This document shows, piece after piece, positions 9,617-19,427 of a DNA stretch of 20,000 nt. Each line of letters starts with the position of its first letter. Within the stretch, counting starts at the first letter, position 1. Source of the DNA: Chiloscyllium plagiosum (lineage: Eukaryota); contig NC_057720.1 of assembly GCF_004010195.1 (NCBI RefSeq), positions 7,283,948-7,303,947 of the forward strand. Direction: 5' to 3'. The notes beneath the pieces are model-generated. The model made no database searches. It was given only the letters and a program-made list of their open reading frames with translations, and was not told where the DNA came from. The position numbers were made by a program, and so were the translations under genes.

Positions 9617-10661
9617 TCTGACGAAACCACAGCTAAAAGGCCCACACACAGCAAGAAGAATAAAATTTCAGTGTGTCAGTGAGCAATGTTGCATTAACAG
9701 CTCTTTGACATGTTCCCGAGATCCTTCGGCTTACTTCAAGAAAGGGGGAAAAAAAAAGCTAAACAGAAACAGCTTTGCCTGGAAACGAAAATCAGACCCA
9801 GCAGCAGGGCTCTGAAAATTGGAGAAAGGAACTGGTGGGAGGTCGGCAGAGTTAAACAACAGCTACAAAAAAAAATCAATGCAAGAAGCGAGCTCAGTGA
9901 ATACATATACTGCCAAAGATTGGCACGGGAAGACGAGTTAACTATTTCGTGTGGTTCTCGGCCTCTGAAGAAAGATGTCTGAAAATGTACTGGCCTCCAG
10001 GATGATGATGGGATGTGCAACTCAGTAATAAAGGCGAATGCAATTCCTTTACAATTCCTGATCTAAAAGCCCATATGCATTGTGTATGGTTTGCCTAATG
10101 TGTGCACCAAAGTCCACACACAATGCAAAGGACAGGAGCCAGCCAACAGAATGTAGACTTGCCTCCGGTTTTCCCATTGTTCTCCGGCCTTCCTGCACCA
10201 AGTATATTTACTTGATTGTTGTCTGCCCCAGTTATTTGCTCACAGACGGAGTTTCAGTCATTTATATTTACATCCCTTGTGCGGACTTAATAAACCCTCG
10301 GGAGCGTTGGAAAAACAAAATAATAGCTCATACATCGGCGAGTCAGGTTGGCGGCATAGTTTATTTCCCTTTGATTGTCCCGAAGTTTCCAGGAATTAGG
10401 AAAAGAAATGAGGTGTGCGCACATTTTCAGCACTTCCACTTTCTCGCCGGAATAATATTGAAGACTGGAAGCGGGGAAAGATGTAAAACTGTGAGGTTCA
10501 GCCGAGTGATTGGCATGGAGTAGGTTATGTTAAACCTTCTGGAACACTCCGCAAGATGAATCAAGACAAGGTGACAGTGACTGGAAACATTTCGCTAGGA
10601 ATTTCTGGACAGAAAGACAGAGTCAATTGTGACATCATTACAAGAAACTGTACTGAAAGCA

Positions 10662-11230
10662 AAACAAAAACCGCTGGAGATCACAGCGGCTCAGACAACA
10701 TCTATGGAGAGAGAGCAAGTTAAGGTTTCGAGTCTAGATAACTCTTCATCAGAGCCCGAGTGAAGAGTCAATCAGACTCGAGACATTAGTTGTGGCTGGA
10801 CACTTAAGGCGCTGGGTTAGTAATCCTTCAGTGTTACCCCACCCAAGTTTAAATCTTTGGGGCGGCACGGTGGCTCAGTGGTTAGCACTGCTACCCAGCA
10901 CCAGGGTCCCAGGTTCGATTCCAGCCTTGGGTGACCCACATTCTCTGTGGGTTTCCTTCCACAATCCAAAGATGTGCAGGCCAGATGAATCGGCCATGCT
11001 AAATTGCCCATAGTGTTAGGTGCATTAGTCAAAGGGAAATGGGTCTGGGTGGGTTATCCTTCAGAGAGTCAGTGTGGACTGGTTGGGCCGAAGGGCCTGT
11101 TCCCGCACTGTGGGGAATTTAATCTAATCTAATTATTAGCTTGCTCTCTCTCCATGGTTGCTACCTAACCCATTGTGATTTCCAGCAGTTTTTGCTTTCA
11201 TTACAGATTCCAGTATCTGCAGATAGTTCC
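10662..11230. mobile_element. PLE-derived inverted pseudo-LTR hairpin element with hammerhead motif, interrupted at 10790-11134
   Basis: gctggagatcaca..atggagagagagcaag (left) pairs with cttgctctctctccat..tgtgatttccagc (right); minus-strand CTGATGA a GAGTT atcta GACTC GAAA at 10722-10752. Confidence 0.75.
10859..11133 (+). mobile_element. HE1 SINE
   Basis: ggcggcacggtggctcagtggttagcactgct head, ggttcgattcc B-box, gggccgaagggcctgtt and (aatct)n tail. Confidence 0.92.
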
Positions 11231-11697
11231 TCCTAGAAAGAAATGTGGTGCTCATTCAGAAAGGTCCATTTATCTGACACATTCTTAACAGAGCACGGGA
11301 GAAAATGATTCACTATTTTTTCGCAGGAGTGGAAGTTGTAACATGATATCACCAGCACAAGCCCCCTGTCCCAGATGCCTCCAGATGGGCATGTTTATCA
11401 TGGAGTAAATAGCAGATACATTATGCCAGGTGCCTTGCTAATCCTAGCCATTCCCACCCTCTGAACCAGTTGCCAGAATATAAGATCCTCAGTCTGCCTG
11501 TTATGTTGAAGATATCACTCATATGCACCTATCCCAAGGACTTTTTCCAACAGCACTCCCACCCTCACCCAACGTTCACTGGTGTTGACATGAGATCTCA
11601 AACCCAGGTCCTGACCCTCTGAAGTGTACCCCACCAACACCCAGCCCCCTTACCCTTTCCCTATATGTGGATGCTGTGTCCAGCCAGTGACACCCAC

Positions 11698-12363
11698 TCA
11701 TAGAGTCATAGAGACGTACAGCGCGGAAACAGACCCGTTGGTCTAACTCGTCCATGCCGACCAGATATCCTAACCTAATCTAATCCCTTTTGCCAGCATT
11801 TGGCCCATATCTGCAGACAGTGAGGTCTGCAGATGTTGGAGATCAGAGTTGAGAGGGTGTTGCTGGAAAAGCACAGCCGGTCAGGCAGCATCTGAGGAGC
11901 AGGAAAATCGACGTTTCATGCCGGATTCCTGATGAAGGGCTCTGGCCCAAAACGTTGATCTTCCTGCTCCTTGGATGCTGCCTGACCTATTGTGCTTTTC
12001 CAGCAACACACTCTCAACTCTGATCTCCAGCATCTGCAGTCCTCACTTTCTCCTAATTAATTTCAACCTCACTGCGAAGCCTCTTCCAAGGATGCCTACC
12101 TTGAAGAAGTTCTCCTCCTCTCTCTACAAAGATCTCAGTGAGTCCCTCTCTCACTCTCCCCCCCCCAGGTTCTTGATTCCTGATGAGAAGACCTCCGGCC
12201 CAAAATGTTGATTTTCCTGCTCCCCAGATGCTGCCTGACCTGCTTTTCCAGCAACACACTCTCAACCCATATCCCTCTAAACCCCTCCTATTCATATAAC
12301 AATGCAGATGCCTTTTAAATGCTGTTGTTGTACCAGCCTCCACCACTTCCTCTGGCACTTCCA
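11698..12363 (-). mobile_element. HER1/CR1 LINE 3' end split by a PLE insertion (11698-11811, 12266-12363)
   Basis: Minus strand PEEVVEAGTTTAFKRHL..YMNRRGLEGYG|PNAGK; catagagtcatagag tail. Confidence 0.9.
11812..12265 (+). mobile_element. Non-autonomous mini-PLE: inverted pseudo-LTR, pseudo-LTR, short internal segment, second pseudo-LTR; 8-bp TSD
   Basis: CCCATATC at 11804-11811 and 12266-12273; attcctgatga...cccaaaa.gttgat..cctgctcc..gatgctgcctgacc occurs at about 11925 and 12176. Confidence 0.85.
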
Positions 12364-13281
12364 ATGAATGATCAAAAAAAAATTACTGTGACTAAATTCT
12401 GGTCTCCCTCGATCCCAAAGTGACTTCTTCACATCTGGCTTAGTGAAGGCTGTGGGATCGTCCCTCAGCCTTGTCTACTCTAGAGAAAAGGGATTGGTCT
12501 GCTCAATCTTTTCTGAAAGCAATGATTGTTCAGTTCTGGTATCATTCTACAGGATGGATGATCAAAGTCACTCAAAGACAATTAAATCCCCATGTGATGC
12601 TATTGCCAACCGTGGCTTCAACTTATTGCACACCTACATTCGGGCACTGTCAGTCACCTCCTGCTCTCTGGAGTGGTTGTCAGTCACGACAAAAGAGACA
12701 GCAATCTGGGTGTGAATAAGCAGATACGGGGGGGACACCCTCCTGCAGTCCTTTGGTTCTCTCATATGCAATCAATGGGAAAAGCTGCAGAAATCCGTCA
12801 AACTCTGAAACTCTGATAATAATTTATTTTTCCATTTCTTTAAAAGAATGACTACCCCCTGCCTACACTCACTGTCGTTCTTTTCTTTCAAAGAAATAAA
12901 ATTGCACATTGATTTCTTGTTCCTGGTGACCTCCAGGAATAGAAGGGAAGATTGTTTACAGACATGGAGTGGGACTGGCCCACACTGCTGTGCTCACGCT
13001 CCATGACCTCTGACACAACATGTCTTGTTTCTGGCACTAACACTAATCAGGAGGAGAAAAATGTTCAAATCTCCTTCACAGCAACTCTTTCTATCTCCCC
13101 TCTCTTTGCTCCTCTGACAACTGTGCCAGGAACAATCTTTGATTTCGTTCCGAACCTCAAAACAAAGGCAGGCATCACACGATGAGAAAAAAAAACAAAT
13201 GAGCATTCCAGACAGGAGATGGGTTTGATGCAAAAGGTGAAAGGTCACTGGGGCAAAAATGGTCAAGACCTCCTCAAAATG

Positions 13282-13397
13282 CACATGGACTGCAGCGTTT
13301 CAAAAAGACAGCTCACCAACACCTTCTCATGGGGCAATCAATCAGAGACAGGCGATAAATGCTGGCCTACATCTCACGAATGAACAATTAAAAAAAA
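13282..13397 (+). mobile_element. 3' end of a CR1/L2-group LINE (called family B here) that shares its tail with SINE family A
   Basis: catggactgcagcgtttcaaaaagacagctcaccaacaccttctc..ataaatgctggcc, homologous to 17380-17470 and to 14452-14570 on the minus strand. Confidence 0.7.
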
Positions 13398-13399
13398 TG

Positions 13400-13500
13400 T
13401 GTTTTGAAGAAGGGTCACAGGGTCCAAAACTTTAACTTTGTTTCCCTTCCCATCAGTGCTGCCAGCTGAGCTCCAGAACAACTTCTGGCTTTTTTCTGGA
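13400..13500 (+). mobile_element. Highly degenerate PLE pseudo-LTR of the same family as 5340-5470
   Basis: ttgaagaagggtcacagggtccaaaactttaact aligns with ctgaggaagggtcactcgacccaaaacgttaact. Confidence 0.6.
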
Positions 13501-13602
13501 ATACTAGGACAGCTTTGCTTTCCCTTTCACACAAAGCACACAGCTGCCTCAGAGGCAAAACAGAGAAGGTTCACCTGAGGGATTGGCTGGTCTCCCAGCT
13601 CG

Positions 13603-14112
13603 AGGAAAGATGTGAAAGGGATCAGAGAAGATTTACAAGGAGGTTGCTAGTGTCAGAGGGCTTGAGCTACAGGGAGAGGCTGAAGAGGCTTGTACTGTTT
13701 TCCCTGTTTTCGCTGGAGCGCCGTAGGCTATGGGGGGAACTTGATAGAGGATTATAAAATCATGAGGGGCATGGATAGGGTGAATAGCCAAGGTCTTTTC
13801 ACCAGGACAGGGGAGTCCAAAACTAGAGGGTACTGGTTCAAGGTGAGATGGGAAAGATTTAAAAGGAACCTAAGTGGCAACTTTTTTATGCAGAGGATGA
13901 TATGTGTATGCAATGAACTGCCAGAGGAAGTGGCGGAGGCTGGTACAATTACAACATTTAAAAGACATCTGCATGAGTACATGAATAGGAAGGGTTTAGA
14001 GGGGTATGGGCCAAATGCTGGTAAATGGGACTAGATTAATTTAGAATATCTAGTCAGCACGGATGGGTTGGACTGAAGAGTCAGTTTCCGCACCGTACAA
14101 TTCAATGACATG
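13603..14112 (+). mobile_element. HER1/CR1 LINE 3' fragment
   Basis: QRRFTR..GLSYRERLKRL..LERRRL, NLIEDYKIMRGMDRVNSQGLF..NELPEEVAEAGTITTFKRHL..GLEGYGPNAGKWD*. Confidence 0.95.
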
Positions 14113-14116
14113 GCTC

Positions 14117-14450
14117 TTGAGGACGGGTGATCTCGATGAACCATATAAGATCCTGAGGTTACTTGAAACAAAAGACATGGAAAGGTTAATTGAGACTAGA
14201 ACTAGAAGACACAACTTATAAATAACTGGTCTCCCATTTGAAACAAAGCTAAGAGGAAATTTCATAAAGAGAGCTCATCTTTGAAATTCTCCTGCCCTGG
14301 CAGCAGTAAAGATGGTGTCATGGAATATTTGTAAAGCTGAGATAGACAGATTCATAATTGACAATGGATTCAAAGAAGTAGCCAGAAATCACACTGTTAC
14401 GGCCATAATCAGATTGATAATGATCTTCGGGAAATGGCAAAGGATTTGAG
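14117..14450 (+). mobile_element. Older CR1 LINE 3' fragment
   Basis: GDLDEPYKILR..ETRTRRHNL..gaggaaatttc..aaagctgagatagacagattc. Confidence 0.7.
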
Positions 14451-14451
14451 C

Positions 14452-14998
14452 TTTTTCCTTATTCATGGGATGTGATGTCACTGGTTAGGCCAGTATTTAT
14501 TACCCATCCATAGTTGCCCCTGTTAGAAGGTGGTCATTAAGCTGTCTTCCTGAACTGCTACAGTCCACATTTTGTAAGGTTGCCCTTCGGGAAGGAGTTC
14601 CAGGGTTTTCACAGAATCCCTATGCTGTGGAAGCAGGCCATCCAGCCCATGGAGTCCACACCGACCCTCCAAACAGCATCCCACCCAATCCCTGTAATCC
14701 TGAATTTCCCATGGCTAATCCATCCAGGTAGCACATCTCTGGACAGCAAGGGTAATTTATCATGGCCAATCCACCTAGCTTGCATATCTTTGGACTGTGG
14801 GAGGAAACCAGAGCACCCACACACACTCGGGAAGAATGTGCAAACTCCACACAGACAGTCACCCAAGGCTGGAATTGAACCCAGCTCCCTAGTATTGCAA
14901 GGTAGCAGTGCTAACCACTGAGTCACCATGCTGCCTCAGTAACAATGAAGGAAAAGTGAGATATTTCCAAATCAGGATGGTGAATGGTTTGCAGGGGA
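14452..14998 (-). mobile_element. LINE family B 3' end split by HE1 (14452-14609, 14937-14998)
   Basis: ttcatgggatgtga..cagtatttattacccatcc..gaaggtggt..ggagttccagg; resumes with gaagga..atatttccaaatcaggatggtg. Confidence 0.7.
14610..14936 (-). mobile_element. HE1 SINE
   Basis: Reverse complement of the gcatggtgactcagtggttagcactgct head, V-domain and ggattct tail. Confidence 0.92.
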
Positions 14999-15644
14999 GA
15001 TAGCCACCCTCCTGCTCCCAAATTATTTGCCTCATGAAATGTAATGTGCTTGATTTTCATGATGGAGATGCTTTGTTCTTCGAAAACAGAAAAAAAGTGC
15101 TCTCAAAATTCAAAAGATATCATTTGAGAAAGGCCCCATGAAGTAACATTTTTAACAGGGTTAAAGAATGTATAGAGAGGGCAGATAAGCAAAGGCGCAT
15201 GTTCCCCTCCAAAATTATTTCCCACTGAGAGACAGGCAGGAAAGTAATTCATTTAGCTGGAATAATTATTCACAGCAGTAATCAAATTCACAAACAATTT
15301 TGAATTTTCAGTCACGGTTGTAGAAGGAAAGTTGTAAAAGCTCCAGCACAGCTTGGGAGGTTGCTGCAGTGAGAGGTTGCAGTCTTTTTAATAACACTGG
15401 ATGATTCTCAAATGAACAATGATTGAATACTGTGTGGAATGCACCCAGTGAGATTGATGCGAATAGGATCAGCAGATTCTTCCCAGAGCGCAGTGTGATG
15501 AACAGCACACTCAGGGCAAGCTGCAAGTGAAGATCCTGGGGCATGCACACAACGTGGACATCAGCATTGATGAAGATGAAAAGGAGAAGGCCACTCAGTC
15601 CATCCAACCTGTTCTGTCACTTTAATAATTCATGGCTGACTTGC

Positions 15645-16171
15645 TGGTGGCATGGTGGCTCAGTGGTTAACACTGCTCCCTCTCAGTGCCAGGGATCTGG
15701 GTTTGATTCCAACCTTAGGCAACTGGCTATGTAGAGTCTGCACAATCTCCCCGTGTCTGCATGGCTTTCCTCTGGTTTCTTCCTATGGTCCAAAGGTGTG
15801 CAGGTTAGATGTATTGGCCTTGGGAAAATATAGTGTGCGCTGGAAAAGCACAGCAGGTCAGGCAGCATCTGAGGAGGAGGAGAATGGACGTTTCGGGCAT
15901 AAGCTCTTCATCAGGGCTTATGCTTGAAATGTCAAACTCTACTGCTCCTCGGATGCTGCCTGACTTGCTGTGCTTTTCCAGCACCGAACTCTCGACTTTG
16001 ATCTCCAGCATCCACAGTTCTCACTTTCTACAAAATACGCACTTGGTAGATTAGCCAGGGGAAAGTTAGGGTTATAAGGTAAAGAGGTGGATCCAGGTGG
16101 GATGCTCCTTGGATGGTTTGTGTGGATTCAATTGGCTGAATCACCTGCTTCCACACTGTAGGGATTCTATA
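15645..16171 (+). mobile_element. HE1 SINE split by a PLE hairpin (15645-15830, 16032-16171)
   Basis: ggcatggtggctcagtggttaacactgct head; tail cctgcttccacactgtagggattctat. Confidence 0.85.
15831..16031. mobile_element. PLE-derived inverted pseudo-LTR hairpin with hammerhead motif (minus strand, 15887-15914)
   Basis: gctggaaaagcacagcaggtcaggcagcatc pairs with gatgctgcctgacttgctgtgcttttccagc; possible TSD AAAATA at 15825-15830 and 16032-16037. Confidence 0.85.
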
Positions 16172-16635
16172 CTGCACTTCAATTTCCATTCTCCCCCAAG
16201 CCATAGGCTTGGCCAGCTGAGTTCCCTCTGAGCCACACACCATCCTGACTGGAATGTTCGTATGTTGTGTGAGACTGATGATCTTTAACTGTCACAATGT
16301 GATGGGCATGTTAACTCCCCTAACGTAAGAATGAGATGTGGGACTGAAGAATTTAATGATCTTTGGTATAGTTCCTGGTCTCCACATACAACAACCGCAG
16401 GTACTCGCATGTCTGAATTCAGGGTAGGCCACTCAGATGGAGTGCAGCAAGCGTCCCCCAGCATGTTATGCTGCAAGAGGACAGGCATCAACACAATGCT
16501 GACTGAGAGCTCTGTAGATATTTTGTAATCAACCTGGTACAACAGAGCTGAGCAGCTGGTAGGACGTGATCCTGGACCTCAGAAACTAGAGGTAAAACCC
16601 TACCACAAGAGCCCCAACCAAAGCTTGATTGGTCA

Positions 16636-17215
16636 CAAGCCATGATATGGAGGTTACATACAGGACATTGGTGAGGTCCCTTTTGGAATACTGCAGACAG
16701 TTCTGCTCAGACTGCTACAGGAAGGATAGTGTTAAACCAGAAAGAGAGCAGAAAAAATTTACAACGATGTCGTCAAGACTGGAGGGCTTGAGTTATAAGG
16801 AGAGGCTGAATTGGCTGGGACTGTTATCCCTGGAGTCTCGGAGGCCACCTTATCAAGGTTTATAAAATTGACAGGGGGATGGATAGGGTGAATAGCCAAG
16901 ATCTTTCGCCCACAGTAGGGGAGTTCAAAACCAGAGGGCATAGGTTTAAGGTGAGAAGGGAAAGATTTAAAAGTGACCTGAGGGGAACCCTTTTCATACA
17001 GAGGGTGGTGTGTGTATGGAATGAGCTGCCAAAGGAAGTGATGGAGGCTGGTACAATTACAACGTTTAAAAGACCTTTTGACAGGTACATGAACCAGAAA
17101 GGTTTAAAGGTATAAGGGCAAAATATAGGCAAAGGGGAATAGTTACGTTTGGGGAAACCTGGTTGGCATGGATGAGTTTGACCAAATGGTCTGTTTCCAT
17201 GCTGTATGACTCAAT
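16636..17215 (+). mobile_element. HER1/CR1 LINE 3' fragment
   Basis: YRTLVRSLLEYC.QF...YRKD..LEGLSYKERL; MDRVNSQDLSP..KTRGHRFKVR..FIQRVVCVWNELP; tail ctgtttccatgctgtatgactc. Confidence 0.95.
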
Positions 17216-17297
17216 GTTATATTATGAGAATGCCCCTTAAAAGATCTATCACATACCTACAGCACGACCTAACAGAAAACTGACTACAGACTACATT

Positions 17298-17475
17298 ATC
17301 CTTCTGTCACTGTGGCTGAGTCCTAGAACTCCCACTCTGGTGGCGCTGCAGATATCCCAACACCCTAAGGACAGCACCCATTCAAGATGGCAGCTCACTA
17401 CCACCTTCTCCTGGGTAATTACAGATGGGCATTAAATACTGGCCCAGCCAGTGATGTCCAAATGAATGGATAAAT
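17298..17475 (+). mobile_element. LINE family B 3' end
   Basis: tcctagaactccc...ttcaagatggcagctcactaccaccttctc..gatgggcattaaatactggcccagccagtgatg. Confidence 0.7.
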
Positions 17476-17617
17476 GATAAAAATGATAAACAAACAAATA
17501 ATAAAATTCAATATCCTTAACTTCACAAAAGTCTATAAAAATCCATTTTGAAATTTCCAACTGATTTCCAGAAGAATGTTAAACAAGTGCAGACATCACC
17601 AGTAACAGCCTGGATTT

Positions 17618-17790
17618 ACATTTGAGGCTGTGCCCTCCTGTTCTTGATTCCTCCATCAAAGGTGACAACTTCCACCCAGCTTACCTCACTATTCCCTGGA
17701 TAATTCCAGCACCTCAGCAAGATCACACCACGACCTTCCTTACTCCAGGGAACACAAGCTCAAGGTCTACGTAACCTGCCTTCACAAAGT
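17618..17790 (-). mobile_element. Old CR1 LINE fragment
   Basis: tttgaggctgtgccctcctgttcttgattc..agatcac..accttccttactccagggaacacaag is reverse-complement CR1 ORF2. Confidence 0.6.
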
Positions 17791-17994
17791 CACTCCTTTA
17801 TCGCCTTGCCCCAGATACAGAAGGAGAATGGAGGATGGGACAGAGTCATAATGATGTGCATCAAAGCTGGGCATATAGGGTAGTGCCTCACAAATCTCAG
17901 TGTTCAGTGCTGACCTTAAAATAATGGTCATCTTCAGCACTCCAGGAGACTTCATCAAAAGATGTGTGATATTGTCTGGCAATTAATCAACCTT

Positions 17995-18338
17995 CAAACA
18001 GGGTTAGACAAGATAGATGCATGAAGGATGTAGTTGACAACTAAAGGTCAAGATCAGAGGATGATAGTCCAACAGGTAGGCCTTTTAGGACACAGGTGAC
18101 AAGGAAGTTCTTCACCCAGTGAGTGATGGGCCCATGGGATTTTATGCCACAGGAAACTGTTGATACTAAAACATTGAAGATTTTTAAGAAAGTCGTAGTT
18201 CTCATGAGTGAAAGGATGTAAGCAGATGTGGAGAGAGCGGGAACAAGATATTGAGTTGGATGATCAACCATGATCGTATTGAAACGCAGAGCAGATCAAA
18301 GTGCCAAATTGCCCATTCCTGCAATATATCTTCCTATT
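17995..18338 (+). mobile_element. CR1 LINE 3' fragment
   Basis: GLDKIDA..GRPFRTQVTRKFFTQ*VMGPWDFMPQETVD; 3' UTR gagttggatgatcaaccatgatcgtattgaa, like 193-222. Confidence 0.8.
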
Positions 18339-18377
18339 CATTAAAATATACCAAACAAATGTACAAACATTTTTGAA

Positions 18378-18473
18378 ACAACTTGTTCGAAGGTATTATG
18401 ACACACTGCCAGAGCAGGTAGCACTTGAACTTGGTCTCCTGGCTCAGAAATAGGGACACTACCCACTGCAGCA
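18378..18473 (-). mobile_element. Short tRNA-derived SINE
   Basis: Minus strand gcagtgggtagtgtccct..agttcaagtgc, with A- and B-box-like motifs. Confidence 0.5.
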
Positions 18474-18582
18474 GAATTCCTGAATTGCCTACTCCTGCTC
18501 CTAATTGTTACGATTTTAAAATTCCAGGCAAATAATATGAATGTAAAGGTGCATATTGTCACAGGAGGACAGGCGACGGTCT

Positions 18583-19136
18583 CATGGTACGCAATCCTTT
18601 ATCCGAAATGCTCGGGACCATCTGGTTTTCAGAATTCAGAATTTATCGAATTTCAGAATAAGTGACAGCTTGATGGTGAATTTTTTAAACATCTTACGAG
18701 AGATGCAGACTCACTGAGTAAAATGGGCCCTGAGACAGAATTGAGGCCAAACACTTAAGTGGGCGGCACGGTGGCACAGCGGTTAGCACTGCTGCCTCAC
18801 AGCGCCAGAGACCCGGGTTCAATTCCTGCCTCAGGCGACTGACTGTGTGGAGTTTGCACATTCTCCCCGTGTCTGTGTGGGTTTCCTCCGAGTGCTCCGG
18901 TTTCCTCCCACAGTCCGAAAATGTGCAGGTCAGGTGAATTGGCCATGCTAAATTACCCGTAGTGTTAGGTGTAGGGGTATGGGTCGGTTGCGCTTCAGTG
19001 GGTCGGTGTGGACTTGTTGGGCCGAAGGGTCTGTTTCCACACTGTAAGTAATCTAATCTAAATGAGAAAAACACTTCACAAAAAATCCTTCGGCCTTTGG
19101 AGCTTTTCAAATTTCGGATAAAGGGTTATCTACCTG
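18583..19136. mobile_element. Tigger4/MER46-like (pogo/Tc1-mariner) non-autonomous DNA transposon containing an HE1
   Basis: Imperfect TIRs: left ..cctttatccgaaatgctcgggacca, right atttcggataaagggttatctacctg followed by TA. Confidence 0.75.
18761..19062 (+). mobile_element. Young full-length HE1 SINE
   Basis: CpG-retaining head gggcggcacggtggcacagcggttagcactgctgcctcacagcgccag, intact V-domain, (aatct)n tail. Confidence 0.95.
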
Positions 19137-19251
19137 TATCAGTACTCTATAGAGACCCACTAGGAGAAAGTGAGGACTGCAGATGTTGGAGTACCAGAGT
19201 TGAAAAATGTGATGCTGGTAAAACACAGCAGGCAGCATCCGAGGAGCAGGA

Positions 19252-19289
19252 GAATCAACGTTTCAGGCATAAGCCCTTCTTCAGGAATG
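19252..19289 (-). ncRNA. Minimal type I hammerhead motif (downstream copy)
   Basis: cattc CTGAAGA a GGGC ttat GCCT GAAA c GTT gattc. Confidence 0.7.
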
Positions 19290-19347
19290 AGCTGAAAATG
19301 TGTTGCTGGAAAAGCGCAGCAGGTCCGGCAGCAACCAAGAAACAGGA

Positions 19348-19385
19348 GAACCGACGTTTCGGGCATAAGCCCTTCTTCAGGAATG
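19348..19385 (-). ncRNA. Minimal type I hammerhead motif (upstream copy, intact core)
   Basis: cattc CTGAAGA a GGGC ttat GCCC GAAA c GTC ggttc. Confidence 0.8.
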
Positions 19386-19427
19386 AGGCTGGTGTGCCAA
19401 GTGGGCTGAGATAAAAGGTAGGGGGGA

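Noticed and set aside
10080..10523. 147-aa ORF as a host coding gene
   Set aside because: No recognisable domain and no convincing splice context; compatible with a chance ORF
11327..11430. Plus-strand exon after ttttttcgcag
   Set aside because: Stops in all frames before a good donor; no recognisable peptide
13690..14034. 114-aa ORF, and similar ORFs at 6896, 8238, 16629 and 16879, as genes
   Set aside because: They are C-terminal pieces of CR1/HER1 ORF2 from truncated LINE copies
15308..15607. 99-aa hydrophobic minus-strand ORF
   Set aside because: Its start lies in a CR1 3' UTR remnant and it has no recognisable homology
18761..18835. tRNA gene
   Set aside because: The A/B boxes continue directly into the HE1 V-domain, so this is a SINE head; the same applies to the other tRNA-like heads
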